A stretch of 64,000 nucleotides of DNA from a virus: positions 82,137 to 146,136 of IMG/VR virus record IMGVR_UViG_3300020424_000002; one strand, 5' to 3'. A model generated the notes under the pieces. It ran no database searches and had not been told where the DNA came from. It worked only from the letters and a program-made list of their open reading frames with translations. The position numbers were made by a program, and so were the translations under genes. Below are positions 49,432 to 58,190 of the stretch, piece after piece; position 1 is the stretch's first letter; each line of letters begins with the position of its first letter.

Positions 49432-49988
49432 TTTTTCTTGGTTGAATTAAAATATTTTTCTACACCCACTGGTCTACTATCATCGGTTTTTTTCTTTTTA
49501 CCTCTGGGTTTATAGTTAGGTTCTTCTAAATTGTTTTGTAAGAAGTCTACATATGAATTATCGTAACCAGTAGTTTCACCATCTATAGTTGCTACTGCAT
49601 CATCAATAATACCACTATTCATAATTGCTTTATGTTTAATAGCAGCTTGTTTCTTTTCTTTCTGTATTCTTCTCAAGAATGCATAGTATATAATTTGGGT
49701 TATATAGGCAAATGCATTTTGTGACTTCTCTGGATTAAAGTTGTTTATGTATTGTAAACAGTTTTCGATTCCATCACAAATCATTTCATCCCTATAAGAA
49801 TAGTTAATGAAGTTTGGTTTGGTTGATAATCTCGTTGCAATTTTGTAAATACATTCACCTATGTATTCTGATACTCTAGGTGGTTCTTTACCATCTTTGA
49901 TTGCTTGTTTTACTGCATAATTGTGTTCTGCTATTGCAGCGGTAAACTCTTTATTATTTACATAATGTTCTGGTTTTGCTTTACTCAT
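49428..49988 (-). CDS. 55: Late sigma factor gp55
   Basis: HYVNNKEF, NFINYSYRDEMICDGIENC, NAFAYITQI. Confidence 0.95.
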   Translation of the reverse strand: MSKAKPEHYVNNKEFTAAIAEHNYAVKQAIKDGKEPPRVSEYIGECIYKIATRLSTKPNFINYSYRDEMICDGIENCLQYINNFNPEKSQNAFAYITQIIYYAFLRRIQKEKKQAAIKHKAIMNSGIIDDAVATIDGETTGYDNSYVDFLQNNLEEPNYKPRGKKKKTDDSRPVGVEKYFNSTKKK

Positions 49989-50100
49989 ATATCTATTATC
50001 TCATCATATTGTTATTTGTCAAGTATAAGCTTTTGCCTTGACAGATTTAAAATCACATGTTACCCTAGATATGTACCTTGGAAAGGATGGATATAGCTAA

Positions 50101-50565
50101 TTAATGCAATATCTTTTCATCATCTTTAGTAATCATATCCAAGTCCATTTCCTCTTCTAAGAATATCTCTTCTTCTGGTGAAAGCATCTTATCTTTCATT
50201 TCAGATGCAAACTTTTCGAGTAAATGCTGTCCTGTGGTTAATTCTTGTTTAGGAGACATAACATTTAAACCTATTTCATCCCTAAGATGAATCCAGTCTT
50301 TACATGCTTTATCGTAGAATTGAATAAATTTATCGTCAATTGTTGTCGTGTATACAACCTCATTAGCTGCAATAACAACTCTATTATCTTTTGTAAATGG
50401 AACAAGAGGAGACAATTTTATAACTGTTCCCTTTCCTATCATTGATGGTGTAAGTGCAATATTACATGGAAGAGTCATTTCTACTGTTCCATTAGTATCA
50501 TTAACCACTGTCATTGCAACAATGTCTTCACCATTTCTTAATTTTAGATATCTATATTGACTCAA
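50101..50565 (-). CDS. Conserved hypothetical protein (KLRNGED type)
   Basis: Typical position between uvsW and 55. Confidence 0.65.
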   Translation of the reverse strand: MSQYRYLKLRNGEDIVAMTVVNDTNGTVEMTLPCNIALTPSMIGKGTVIKLSPLVPFTKDNRVVIAANEVVYTTTIDDKFIQFYDKACKDWIHLRDEIGLNVMSPKQELTTGQHLLEKFASEMKDKMLSPEEEIFLEEEMDLDMITKDDEKILH

Positions 50566-51995
50566 AACTTTACCTCATGTATTGTATAATTAAATTTCTC
50601 TTTACTATAGGTATTTATTCTTTCTTTAAAGTGTCTTAAAGTATAATTATCTCTATTCTTATAACTTAAATCATCTGCAATATCAAAAAGAGTTGCATTA
50701 AATTTATCTTTACTCGTTCTTAACACCCTACCAATTGATTGCAATACACGAATTTTAGATTTACTTGGACTTGCAAATATAATATTATGTAGGTTTTTAA
50801 TATTTATACCTGTAGAAAAAGTACCATATGATGCAATAATTACACATCCACTTTCTCTTTCCATCAACTCTCTAACATGTTCTCTGTTTTTAGTATCAGT
50901 TCCACCATAGATAAAAAATGATTTGATACCTGCTCTCTGAAATGCATCAAATATCTTCCTACCATGTTTATCTACATACTGAAATAGTATCAATGTATTA
51001 CCCTTCTTATCCAAGGTTAGGTTTTTTATAAATTGTGTTCGTCTTTCATTGTCTGCAAGAAACTCCATTTCTCTAGGATAATCCATTTGCACAACTTCTT
51101 TGGATACTTCTGGTGGATATTTAAGAACTAAACATTGTATATCTAACTCTGCAAGGATACCTTCATCCATAAGTTCTGCACTAGTAGTCACATAATGAGT
51201 CGGGCCAAACAATCCCTCTAATACAAGTTTATGTGTTTGAGTATCATCTAAAGTACCAGTTAGACCCCATCGATGTCCTATATCTTTCATCTTTTCTATG
51301 ATACCTGTAAGAGTTTTTGCTTTAAATAAATGTGCTTCATCACCAAATACTGCACCAAACTGGTCGTAAAAAGATTTTGGCATTGTAGATAATGTTTGCC
51401 ATGTAGTCACTACTATGTCTGTTGTTCCCTTTTTATCACCACCATACATCTTATCAATAGGTTTATCGTATCCATAGTCTGCAAAGTCTTTTGACATTTG
51501 TTCTACTAATGATGTGGTAGGAACAACAACTAAAACTTTTTTCTTATGCATAGATATAAAATGTCTTGCAATACAATATATGATTGCAGATTTACCACTT
51601 GCAGTTGGAGATACTAATAATTGTCTTCTAAATTTTATACCACGAGATATTGCTTCTACTTGATAATTTCTTAATGCAAATCCCATATTTAAGTTATCGG
51701 TAAAGTCTGGAACTTCTAAATCAGTTTCCCATTGATATCCACTTATGGTATATTCTCTATCTTTTGCAAATTGTTCTACTGCATAATATAATCCAGTATA
51801 AATTTTACCAGTTGTTTGTGCAAACAATCTTATATTACCATCCCAGTATTTGTTGCGTACAGAAGGCATAAACTTTGCGCCTGGAACTGGGAAAGTAAAA
51901 TAGTCTGATAATTCTCTTTTGATAGATTCTTCTGCATCTATCTTTATGTGAGTATTATCGACTTTGGTTATCTGAATGTCGGGCCTGCTATCCAT
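50562..51995 (-). CDS. uvsW: DNA helicase UvsW
   Basis: SPTASGKS, GDEAH, GLTGT, QSIGRVLR. Confidence 0.95.
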   Translation of the reverse strand: MDSRPDIQITKVDNTHIKIDAEESIKRELSDYFTFPVPGAKFMPSVRNKYWDGNIRLFAQTTGKIYTGLYYAVEQFAKDREYTISGYQWETDLEVPDFTDNLNMGFALRNYQVEAISRGIKFRRQLLVSPTASGKSAIIYCIARHFISMHKKKVLVVVPTTSLVEQMSKDFADYGYDKPIDKMYGGDKKGTTDIVVTTWQTLSTMPKSFYDQFGAVFGDEAHLFKAKTLTGIIEKMKDIGHRWGLTGTLDDTQTHKLVLEGLFGPTHYVTTSAELMDEGILAELDIQCLVLKYPPEVSKEVVQMDYPREMEFLADNERRTQFIKNLTLDKKGNTLILFQYVDKHGRKIFDAFQRAGIKSFFIYGGTDTKNREHVRELMERESGCVIIASYGTFSTGINIKNLHNIIFASPSKSKIRVLQSIGRVLRTSKDKFNATLFDIADDLSYKNRDNYTLRHFKERINTYSKEKFNYTIHEVKF

Positions 51996-52642
51996 CCTAC
52001 TAATGATTGTCTTAATCCTCTAAGTACTGGGGTTACTTGGTGATATACAAAAGATGGAAATATAATTATACTTCCCTGTTCTCTTGCATTTTGTTGAGCT
52101 CTAAATTTAATATTGTCTGGTGTCATAGATTGTGGATTTTGCATAAATGGGTCTGTCCATTCAAAATGTCCACCTTCGTATTCATCTGGATGTGTAAGAT
52201 TTACACTATACGAAAGTTTTCTATAGGTATTTAATCGTTCATCTTTATTTGGGTCATTTTTACAGTCTTCTTCATTATATGGTTCGAAGTGTCCATCACA
52301 ATGCCAACTATAAAATTCTGGTGCATCTGGGTCATATTTATATGAAGTAAATTGATATGTTTCATGGTAAGATAAATCAAATTTAAAGTAGTCTTCATTT
52401 ACCTTCCTTACATGTGGAGTAATATGGTCAAATATTGTAAGTCCATCTTGTAGTTTTGCTTCTCTATCTAACCATGCAACACCAGATTTACGAGTCTTAT
52501 GGTCTTCTATTCCATCGTTACTTCCACCTATTTGGCCATATTCATTGTAAGAGTTTTGTCCTATTTCTATAATTTCTTCACATATATTTGGTGGGATTGC
52601 TCTGGATAGAGTTACACAATGTTCTGGAATAAAAGATGGCAT
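51968..52642 (-). CDS. PKHD-type 2OG-Fe(II) oxygenase
   Basis: YSWHCD, RKLS, YEGG, FPSFVYHQVTPV, RQSLVGW. Confidence 0.85.
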   Translation of the reverse strand: MPSFIPEHCVTLSRAIPPNICEEIIEIGQNSYNEYGQIGGSNDGIEDHKTRKSGVAWLDREAKLQDGLTIFDHITPHVRKVNEDYFKFDLSYHETYQFTSYKYDPDAPEFYSWHCDGHFEPYNEEDCKNDPNKDERLNTYRKLSYSVNLTHPDEYEGGHFEWTDPFMQNPQSMTPDNIKFRAQQNAREQGSIIIFPSFVYHQVTPVLRGLRQSLVGWIAGPTFR

Positions 52643-52648
52643 AATATA

Positions 52649-53095
52649 TTAACCTGCTGGGTTAGTAAACTTCAACCAATCGATTGCATTCTTTATTGAT
52701 TGATGTCTCCATGTAATAATATTTAGTATCTCTTTTAAAGCATCAACACATTCAGTTAAATATTCTACCTTTAGTTTAAGGTCTGATAAATCTTTGTCTG
52801 CATTGAAATAGTAATTGAAGTCTTGTTTGATAACTCTATGACCATCGAATGGGTCATATGACCAACCTAGTTCATCTATCTCTTCTTTAGATAGTTTATC
52901 TGTATACCATAACCATTTCGTTTTAAGTAATGTATTGTATTTAACCTCATAAGATTTAAGAGATAATCTTTTTTCGTTTAAGAGTTCTAGGTATTTTGCA
53001 TGTAAAGAAGGTGTATTTAAGGATGCTTTATCCAAATCAATCTGGTCGATTACAGAATCAACCTTCCACATACTTTGTATTTCTTCTAATGTCAT
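52649..53095 (-). CDS. uvsY: Recombination mediator UvsY
   Basis: MWKVDSVID...SLHAKYL...IKNAIDWLKF. Confidence 0.9.
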   Translation of the reverse strand: MTLEEIQSMWKVDSVIDQIDLDKASLNTPSLHAKYLELLNEKRLSLKSYEVKYNTLLKTKWLWYTDKLSKEEIDELGWSYDPFDGHRVIKQDFNYYFNADKDLSDLKLKVEYLTECVDALKEILNIITWRHQSIKNAIDWLKFTNPAG

Positions 53096-53134
53096 ACTAT
53101 AATTATACCACTAAACTGGTATTTGTCCACTATT

Positions 53135-53716
53135 TTATGATGAGGATGCTATTTCAAATGTAGTAAATTGGAAAGATGCACTGCATGTTACATAGGTAAT
53201 TCCACCAGCAACAGTAGTATCCATTGTAATCTCACTTAACGATGTAGGAAATGCACCTTGTATTCTAACATATCTGTTAGGATTATTTGCAGCTGTTGTA
53301 ATTACAATAGTCATATCTGAGTATAATGCATCATAATCACCAGAACCATCATATGGTTGTTCTGCTCTTCGATTTGCACCTACTAGACTTCTAAATTTTT
53401 CTGGGTCTGTAGAACTAGTAATTTGAGACATCCATGTATATAACTCAGTCCAGTTTTCCATGTTTTCATCGACAATAAAATTAACAGTTAATTCACCAAG
53501 GTTTATTTTATCGCCTGGAACTATAACATTTCTACCTAGGTTAGTAGGTTGTTGAATTTCTGCAACACTTACAGATGGAACATTAACACCAGTTGCAAAG
53601 TATTTTGTATTAGGTAATTTCTTAACTAATAATTCGAATTGAGTTGGTGCAAGATAGGATAGATTATCTGGAAGATTACCCGCCCATGTTGCAGTTGAGA
53701 TTTGTCTTGTAGTCAT
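53135..53716 (-). CDS. 3: Tail completion/sheath stabiliser gp3
   Basis: NLSYLAPTQF, FIVDENMENW, AFPTSLS; late promoter at 53722-53729. Confidence 0.85.
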   Translation of the reverse strand: MTTRQISTATWAGNLPDNLSYLAPTQFELLVKKLPNTKYFATGVNVPSVSVAEIQQPTNLGRNVIVPGDKINLGELTVNFIVDENMENWTELYTWMSQITSSTDPEKFRSLVGANRRAEQPYDGSGDYDALYSDMTIVITTAANNPNRYVRIQGAFPTSLSEITMDTTVAGGITYVTCSASFQFTTFEIASSS

Positions 53717-53731
53717 ATATGTATTTATATC

Positions 53732-53760
53732 AAAAAGAAAGGGAGTTTTTCAACTCCCTT
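53732..53760 (-). terminator. Intrinsic terminator of the riboswitch/DUF4278 unit
   Basis: AAGGGAGTT-N4-AACTCCCTT with a T-rich tail on the minus strand. Confidence 0.7.
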
Positions 53761-53771
53761 CCTAAAATCAC

Positions 53772-53888
53772 TTAAGCAGCAACTTTGCCAGTAATTCCAC
53801 GATAAGTAACTTCTTTACCTTTCTTGGATTTTCTTGCTTTGCTTTTAAGAGTTTTTGCATCGTATTTGATACCTCTGTAGCAATACAT
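53772..53888 (-). CDS. DUF4278-family peptide (38 aa, not in track)
   Basis: GGAGG RBS; MYCYRGIKYDAKTLKSKARKSKKGKEVTYRGITGKVAA with two YRG(I/V) motifs. Confidence 0.85.
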   Translation of the reverse strand: MYCYRGIKYDAKTLKSKARKSKKGKEVTYRGITGKVAA

Positions 53889-53950
53889 AATAGCCTCCAG
53901 TTTTCATTTCGATTTCGTACATACAACTTTCGTTGCACACCCTTCTCCAT

Positions 53951-54075
53951 GCGTTCCTTCGGTAAGATGTCGGTCTCTGTTCCCACTTGGGTACTTAGCT
54001 TGCCTTTCTTCTATTGCAGAAAAAAGAGGTTTTCTTGTCTTCCTACTTCCGACTCCAAGAATGGAGTTGAACGAG
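53951..54075 (-). promoter_or_regulatory. Glutamine riboswitch (glnA/Downstream-peptide class) with an enlarged P3
   Basis: CGUUC (P1) - ACUCCA-uucu-UGGAGU (P2) - CGGAAGUAGG...CUUACCGAAG - GAACGC; TATAAATA at 54099-54106; DUF4278 downstream. Confidence 0.85.
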
Positions 54076-54139
54076 TTGATACTTTTCAGTATCATTAATA
54101 TTTATAGCTTAAAAAAGTCCAACTTTTTGGCGATTTTTG

Positions 54140-54169
54140 TTGACAGGCAGGTGCATTTTTTTGTATAAT
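54140..54169 (+). promoter_or_regulatory. Class A promoter on the plus strand
   Basis: TTGACA-ggcaggtgcatttttttg-TATAAT (18 bp spacer, GGTGCA variant of the box). Confidence 0.8.
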
Positions 54170-54174
54170 ACCCT

Positions 54175-55343
54175 TGTAATTGAGAATTACCGAGTGCTTG
54201 AGGATTCGACCTCGTAAAAAACCAGTGAAAATCCTACTTGATTAAGGTTTAATCCAGATGATACTTGTGTTGCAAGGTTCTTAATCATTAGAAACAGTTC
54301 ACGAAGTTCAAAAGTCTTGAGAGGTCACAGGTTCGAATCCTGTCTGTCGCCGAGGGCACAGTGGAGAAGTGGTGTGTATCTCTTGAAATGTCAATTGGAT
54401 GTTGCTATTGCAGTTAAACATTTGAGACAGAGCATAAGACTTATCGTAAATCGTAGAGTCATGTGAGTAAGCATGTGGTGAGAATGTCCCTAGTGACAAT
54501 CAATATAACCAGTAACTACTTCACTACCTTGATTCAACCATTACACAACTTTGTCCATCCTCTAGTTAAAGTGTGAGGATTGTAAGATATCTTACCACTA
54601 AGGGACATTGTAAAAGAGAACGAGTACCATATGGATGCTAGATTCGTTGACCTTGTTAATCTGACAAGGTAGAGTTTACGCACATTGAAAGTTCGGTGGG
54701 TTGATACTGTATCAATACTGGGAGACATAACAAACGAAGGTATTTAACGCGAAAAAAGGGGACTAGACATGGTTAACTAACGAGGGCATCTGGTGGTAAA
54801 AAAATCAGATTTTATTGAATTCCTGTTGGGGTCAGTGATGACTTTCCTAACTTTAGTAGTGGTGATATATGAGTACAAGATAGAAGCGTGTTGACTGTTT
54901 GTTGTAAAAACAAGAGATGAGACTCAAGCGTGCAACAGACAGATAGTCGGAGACCTATACAGAATCCGAGCGTAGAAAGAACTCTTGAGTCAGAATATGA
55001 TGGTAAGTGTATGGATGTGAGTTGAAAACGATTGGTGTCTGGTACTTGTTAGATTCTTGGAGAATAAGAGGGTATAGTCGTCTAACAGTTAGTAGGGAAT
55101 ACGAAATCTCGCTCAAGGTGGTGATGAAACAGTGGTTGCAAACACCGAGTAGTCATTAACGAACTTCACCTTTTTTTAAATGAAATAGTTTCGAGGGGTC
55201 GTTCCCTTGCCTGAAAGATGGAGACAAGAACTTATTTACGATAAGTGAGTTAAAATTATTTTATTAGAGACTTGATTCGACAAGAATGAAGATTGATTGA
55301 TGCAGACAAGTCTCGAAACCCACCTTTATGGTGGGTTTTTTTT
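54175..55343 (+). ncRNA. Large (~1.17 kb) highly structured non-coding RNA, family unassigned
   Basis: No credible ORF; bounded by a promoter and a terminator; more GC/G-rich than flanks; more than 12 helices, T-loop-like hairpins and a candidate pseudoknot. Confidence 0.75.
55316..55343 (+). terminator. Intrinsic terminator of the plus-strand RNA
   Basis: AAACCCACC-tttat-GGTGGG followed by 8 T. Confidence 0.85.
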
Positions 55344-55348
55344 AGCAT

Positions 55349-55377
55349 AAAAAAAGGGACTCCGAAGAGTCCCTTTT
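55349..55377 (-). terminator. gp23 terminator with a UUCG loop
   Basis: Minus strand GGGACTC-TTCG-GAGTCCC-TTTTTTT. Confidence 0.9.
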
Positions 55378-55404
55378 AGAAAAGTCTACGACTTTTAAAA
55401 AACC

Positions 55405-56715
55405 TTATAGAATATTTTCTATTTCGATTTTTCTGTAGTAGAAGTTTGAACCAGCAGACGCTAAACCATCACTTGGAGCACTACCTACGAAAGGATTAGA
55501 AATCATTCCATATCTAGTTTTGAATCCAATTTTTGGTTGGAAGCTGTTCTCACCAACTGCACGAACCATTTGTAATGGAACATATGGGCAGTAGAAGACA
55601 CCAGCGTCGTATGGGTTTGAACCTCTGTAACCAACAGTCATGTAACCTTCGTTGTTGTGACCACTTACTGGGTCAAGAGTGTAATATGGGTCGATGTACA
55701 CTTTGTACTTACCATTTAGAACACCAACAAAAGTGTTACCAGCATCATCAACATTTAACTCAGTGTTAAGTGCTGGTGCATAGTCTAATACACCCGCCAT
55801 TGATAATGCAGAAGCTACATCAGATGAACAAAGGATAAAGTTACCTTTACCTCTTCTTGATTCTCTTGCGATTACATTAGCATCTCTTTCAACTTGGAAG
55901 AGTAAACCTTTGAACTTCTCAACTGACCATCTACCAGATGAATCAACATCTAAGTCGAATCTACCAGCATTAGCAACACCAGTTTGAGCACCATTTTTTG
56001 CTTGGATGTTAACAGTTCTTACAACTTCTCTGTTAATCTCTGCAAGTATTTCAGCAGATAAGATGTTTGCAAGTTCTGTTTCTGCATCTAAACCATGAAT
56101 TGCTTTAAGGTCTTGTGCAAGTTCTATTGTGTATTCAGCTTTAAGAGCTCTTGACTTAGCAGTAACAGTTGCTTTCTCGATTGTGAAAGCCATTGATGCA
56201 AATGGGTTACTCGCAGAGTCACCTTTTGCTTCTGCAGCTGCTGTAGTCATACCAGTACCAGTTGCATAAGTAGCTGCATCCCCAAATGGGTCTGTACCTG
56301 CTTGTGTTCCTGCTCCAGCAAAGTCTGAATCAGCTTCGTCAAACAATGCTTCAGTCATAGCTAATCTTGAAGTATTGTCGTTATATCTAGCCTTCATACA
56401 GAATACTAATCCTGTTGGGCCAGTCATTGGTTGCACACCACAGATGTCGTATGCAATTAGGTTTGGAAGAGACCTACGAACTAAAGAAATTAGAATAGGA
56501 TTCCAGTTGTCAACACCTGTTCCACCAACAGCACCACCGGCGTTGTTGATAGGTGCATCCTCTGAAAGGATTCCATTCTCTTCATTAAAGGCTCTTTCTT
56601 GGTTCTCTAGAACCACAGAAGTTACAGCTTTTTTGTAAGGGTCACTGATTTCTGGTAAATCTGGATGACTCAATACTGGCTGCCACTTCTCTTGTAAGTT
56701 TTCTGACATAAACAT
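55405..56715 (-). CDS. 23: Major capsid protein gp23
   Basis: GVQPMTGPTGLVF, KSRALKAEYT, ELAQDLKAIHGLDAETEL, FYCPYVPL, FKTRYG. Confidence 0.98.
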   Translation of the reverse strand: MFMSENLQEKWQPVLSHPDLPEISDPYKKAVTSVVLENQERAFNEENGILSEDAPINNAGGAVGGTGVDNWNPILISLVRRSLPNLIAYDICGVQPMTGPTGLVFCMKARYNDNTSRLAMTEALFDEADSDFAGAGTQAGTDPFGDAATYATGTGMTTAAAEAKGDSASNPFASMAFTIEKATVTAKSRALKAEYTIELAQDLKAIHGLDAETELANILSAEILAEINREVVRTVNIQAKNGAQTGVANAGRFDLDVDSSGRWSVEKFKGLLFQVERDANVIARESRRGKGNFILCSSDVASALSMAGVLDYAPALNTELNVDDAGNTFVGVLNGKYKVYIDPYYTLDPVSGHNNEGYMTVGYRGSNPYDAGVFYCPYVPLQMVRAVGENSFQPKIGFKTRYGMISNPFVGSAPSDGLASAGSNFYYRKIEIENIL

Positions 56716-56759
56716 TTTATGTTTCCCCTTATTTAAAAAGTGTTAATAATAAATTGACC

Positions 56760-58115
56760 TTACTTGTATAAGTTAGGGTCAACTTTTCCTATTGCGGCAG
56801 AATATGCAGCCATACTTGGGTCAAGGATTTTATCCTCAGTCGAAGTATTTTCATCGCTATCACTAACCACTTCTTCATCTAACTGTAATTTCGATTTCTC
56901 TCCACTAAAGTAAGACTCCTTAATTGTTTTGACATTAGACTCAAAATCTTCATCTTGGTCTATGTCTTCAATCAATTTTGTAAGTTTCTCAACTTCACTT
57001 GTAGTCAAGTCACTTGAAACTTCTGAAACCACTTTGTTTCGTACAAGTTCATCTCTTTCAGATGTTAAGTCGATGTTTTTAGAAACTTCTTCATTTAGTT
57101 TAGCTTCAACATCTTCTATTTTACTTGCAAGTTCGTCAACGACATCTAATTTGTCATCTGGAACTTCAACATAATGGTCTTCGAATAGTGCTTTAAGTCC
57201 TTGTATAAAGTTTTCTGTTAACTCAGACTTAAGTCCTCTTTCGATTGCAAGTTCGTTATCTTTAACCCACTCTTCTGCAACATAACCTAAGAAAGAGTCA
57301 ACTTTGTTAACTAAATCTTCTTTGATTTCGTTAGATGCTTCAACAATCTCGTCTCTCTTCTGAGATTCAAGTTCTTCTTTGATTTCACTAACTTTTGCAG
57401 ATACAGCAGCTTCGAATACTACTTTTGCTTTGTTTTTGAATTCTTCTGAAAGGTCTTCACCACCGACTAATGCATCGATATCGTCTGACATATCGAAAGA
57501 TTCTTTCTTAGACTCTTCTTTTTCGTCTTCGTCATCATCTTCGTCTTCGTCATCACCATGAGAAGCTTCTTTCTTAGTAGCTTCATCCATATCTTCTTCA
57601 TCGTCTTCATCTTCGTCATCTTCTTTAGATGCTTCTAAGATTGCAGTTAAAGATTCTTTCACAACTTCTTCGTCCTCTGATTTGAAATGTTCAGCAATTT
57701 TCTTAAGAAGGTCTGCTTTTGTAGACTCTGATTTTTCATCTTCGTCTTCATCTTCGTCTTCTTCGTCATCTTTCTTCATCATTTCATTGACTAAGGACTG
57801 GATGTCATCCTTATCAAGACCTTTAAGTTCTTCAATGATTTTTCTTAATGCTTCCATCTTAGTCATATCTTCAACTACGATTTCCTCATCATTTTCTGTT
57901 TCTTCATAGTTTGAAGCTGCAGATAATTTTTGAGGTGCATCTTTCTTATCACTGTCACCTTTTCTCTTTTTACTAGGTTTAGTAGAATCTGCAGCTTTAT
58001 CTACAGATGCTAGAGATTTAGGCACTGGGTCTTTATCTGGAGTAACGACACCTTTATTAGCAACTGGTGCAGATGCCTCAGTCACTTCGTCTTGATTTTT
58101 AATATCTTCTGACAT
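56760..58115 (-). CDS. 22: Prohead core scaffold gp22 with a long acidic N-terminal extension
   Basis: LSEEFKNKAKVVFEAAV, YVAEEWVKDNELAIERGLK; synteny. Confidence 0.9.
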   Translation of the reverse strand: MSEDIKNQDEVTEASAPVANKGVVTPDKDPVPKSLASVDKAADSTKPSKKRKGDSDKKDAPQKLSAASNYEETENDEEIVVEDMTKMEALRKIIEELKGLDKDDIQSLVNEMMKKDDEEDEDEDEDEKSESTKADLLKKIAEHFKSEDEEVVKESLTAILEASKEDDEDEDDEEDMDEATKKEASHGDDEDEDDDEDEKEESKKESFDMSDDIDALVGGEDLSEEFKNKAKVVFEAAVSAKVSEIKEELESQKRDEIVEASNEIKEDLVNKVDSFLGYVAEEWVKDNELAIERGLKSELTENFIQGLKALFEDHYVEVPDDKLDVVDELASKIEDVEAKLNEEVSKNIDLTSERDELVRNKVVSEVSSDLTTSEVEKLTKLIEDIDQDEDFESNVKTIKESYFSGEKSKLQLDEEVVSDSDENTSTEDKILDPSMAAYSAAIGKVDPNLYK

Positions 58116-58190
58116 GTGTATTTCCCCTGTAAATTACTATAATTACAAATTAAGAACGAAATATTGTTCTTTACAATGTATTTATAACTT

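Noticed and set aside
53768-54095. Track ORFs 53768-53986 and 53904-54095
   Set aside because: They overlap the riboswitch and the better-supported DUF4278 frame, which has a GGAGG RBS
54300-54355. tRNA gene at GGTTCGAATCC
   Set aside because: No 5' acceptor strand, D-arm or anticodon arm at the required spacing
54308-54728. Track ORFs 54308-54499 and 54534-54728 (minus)
   Set aside because: Short, no clear RBS, atypical composition, and antisense to the structured RNA
54175-55343. tmRNA (one- or two-piece), suggested by GGATTCGAC and a T-arm
   Set aside because: No acceptor stem with G3-U70, no CCA or A discriminator after the T-arm, and no ANDN..AA-type tag frame found
54175-55343. Group I/II intron or RNase P RNA
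   Set aside because: It does not interrupt a gene, and I could not see group II domain V or RNase P P4 signature sequences. A covariance search is still needed.
57500-57790. TCTTCATC/TCTTCGTC tandem repeats
   Set aside because: These are codons for the Asp/Glu tracts of gp22, not a CRISPR array or DNA repeat element
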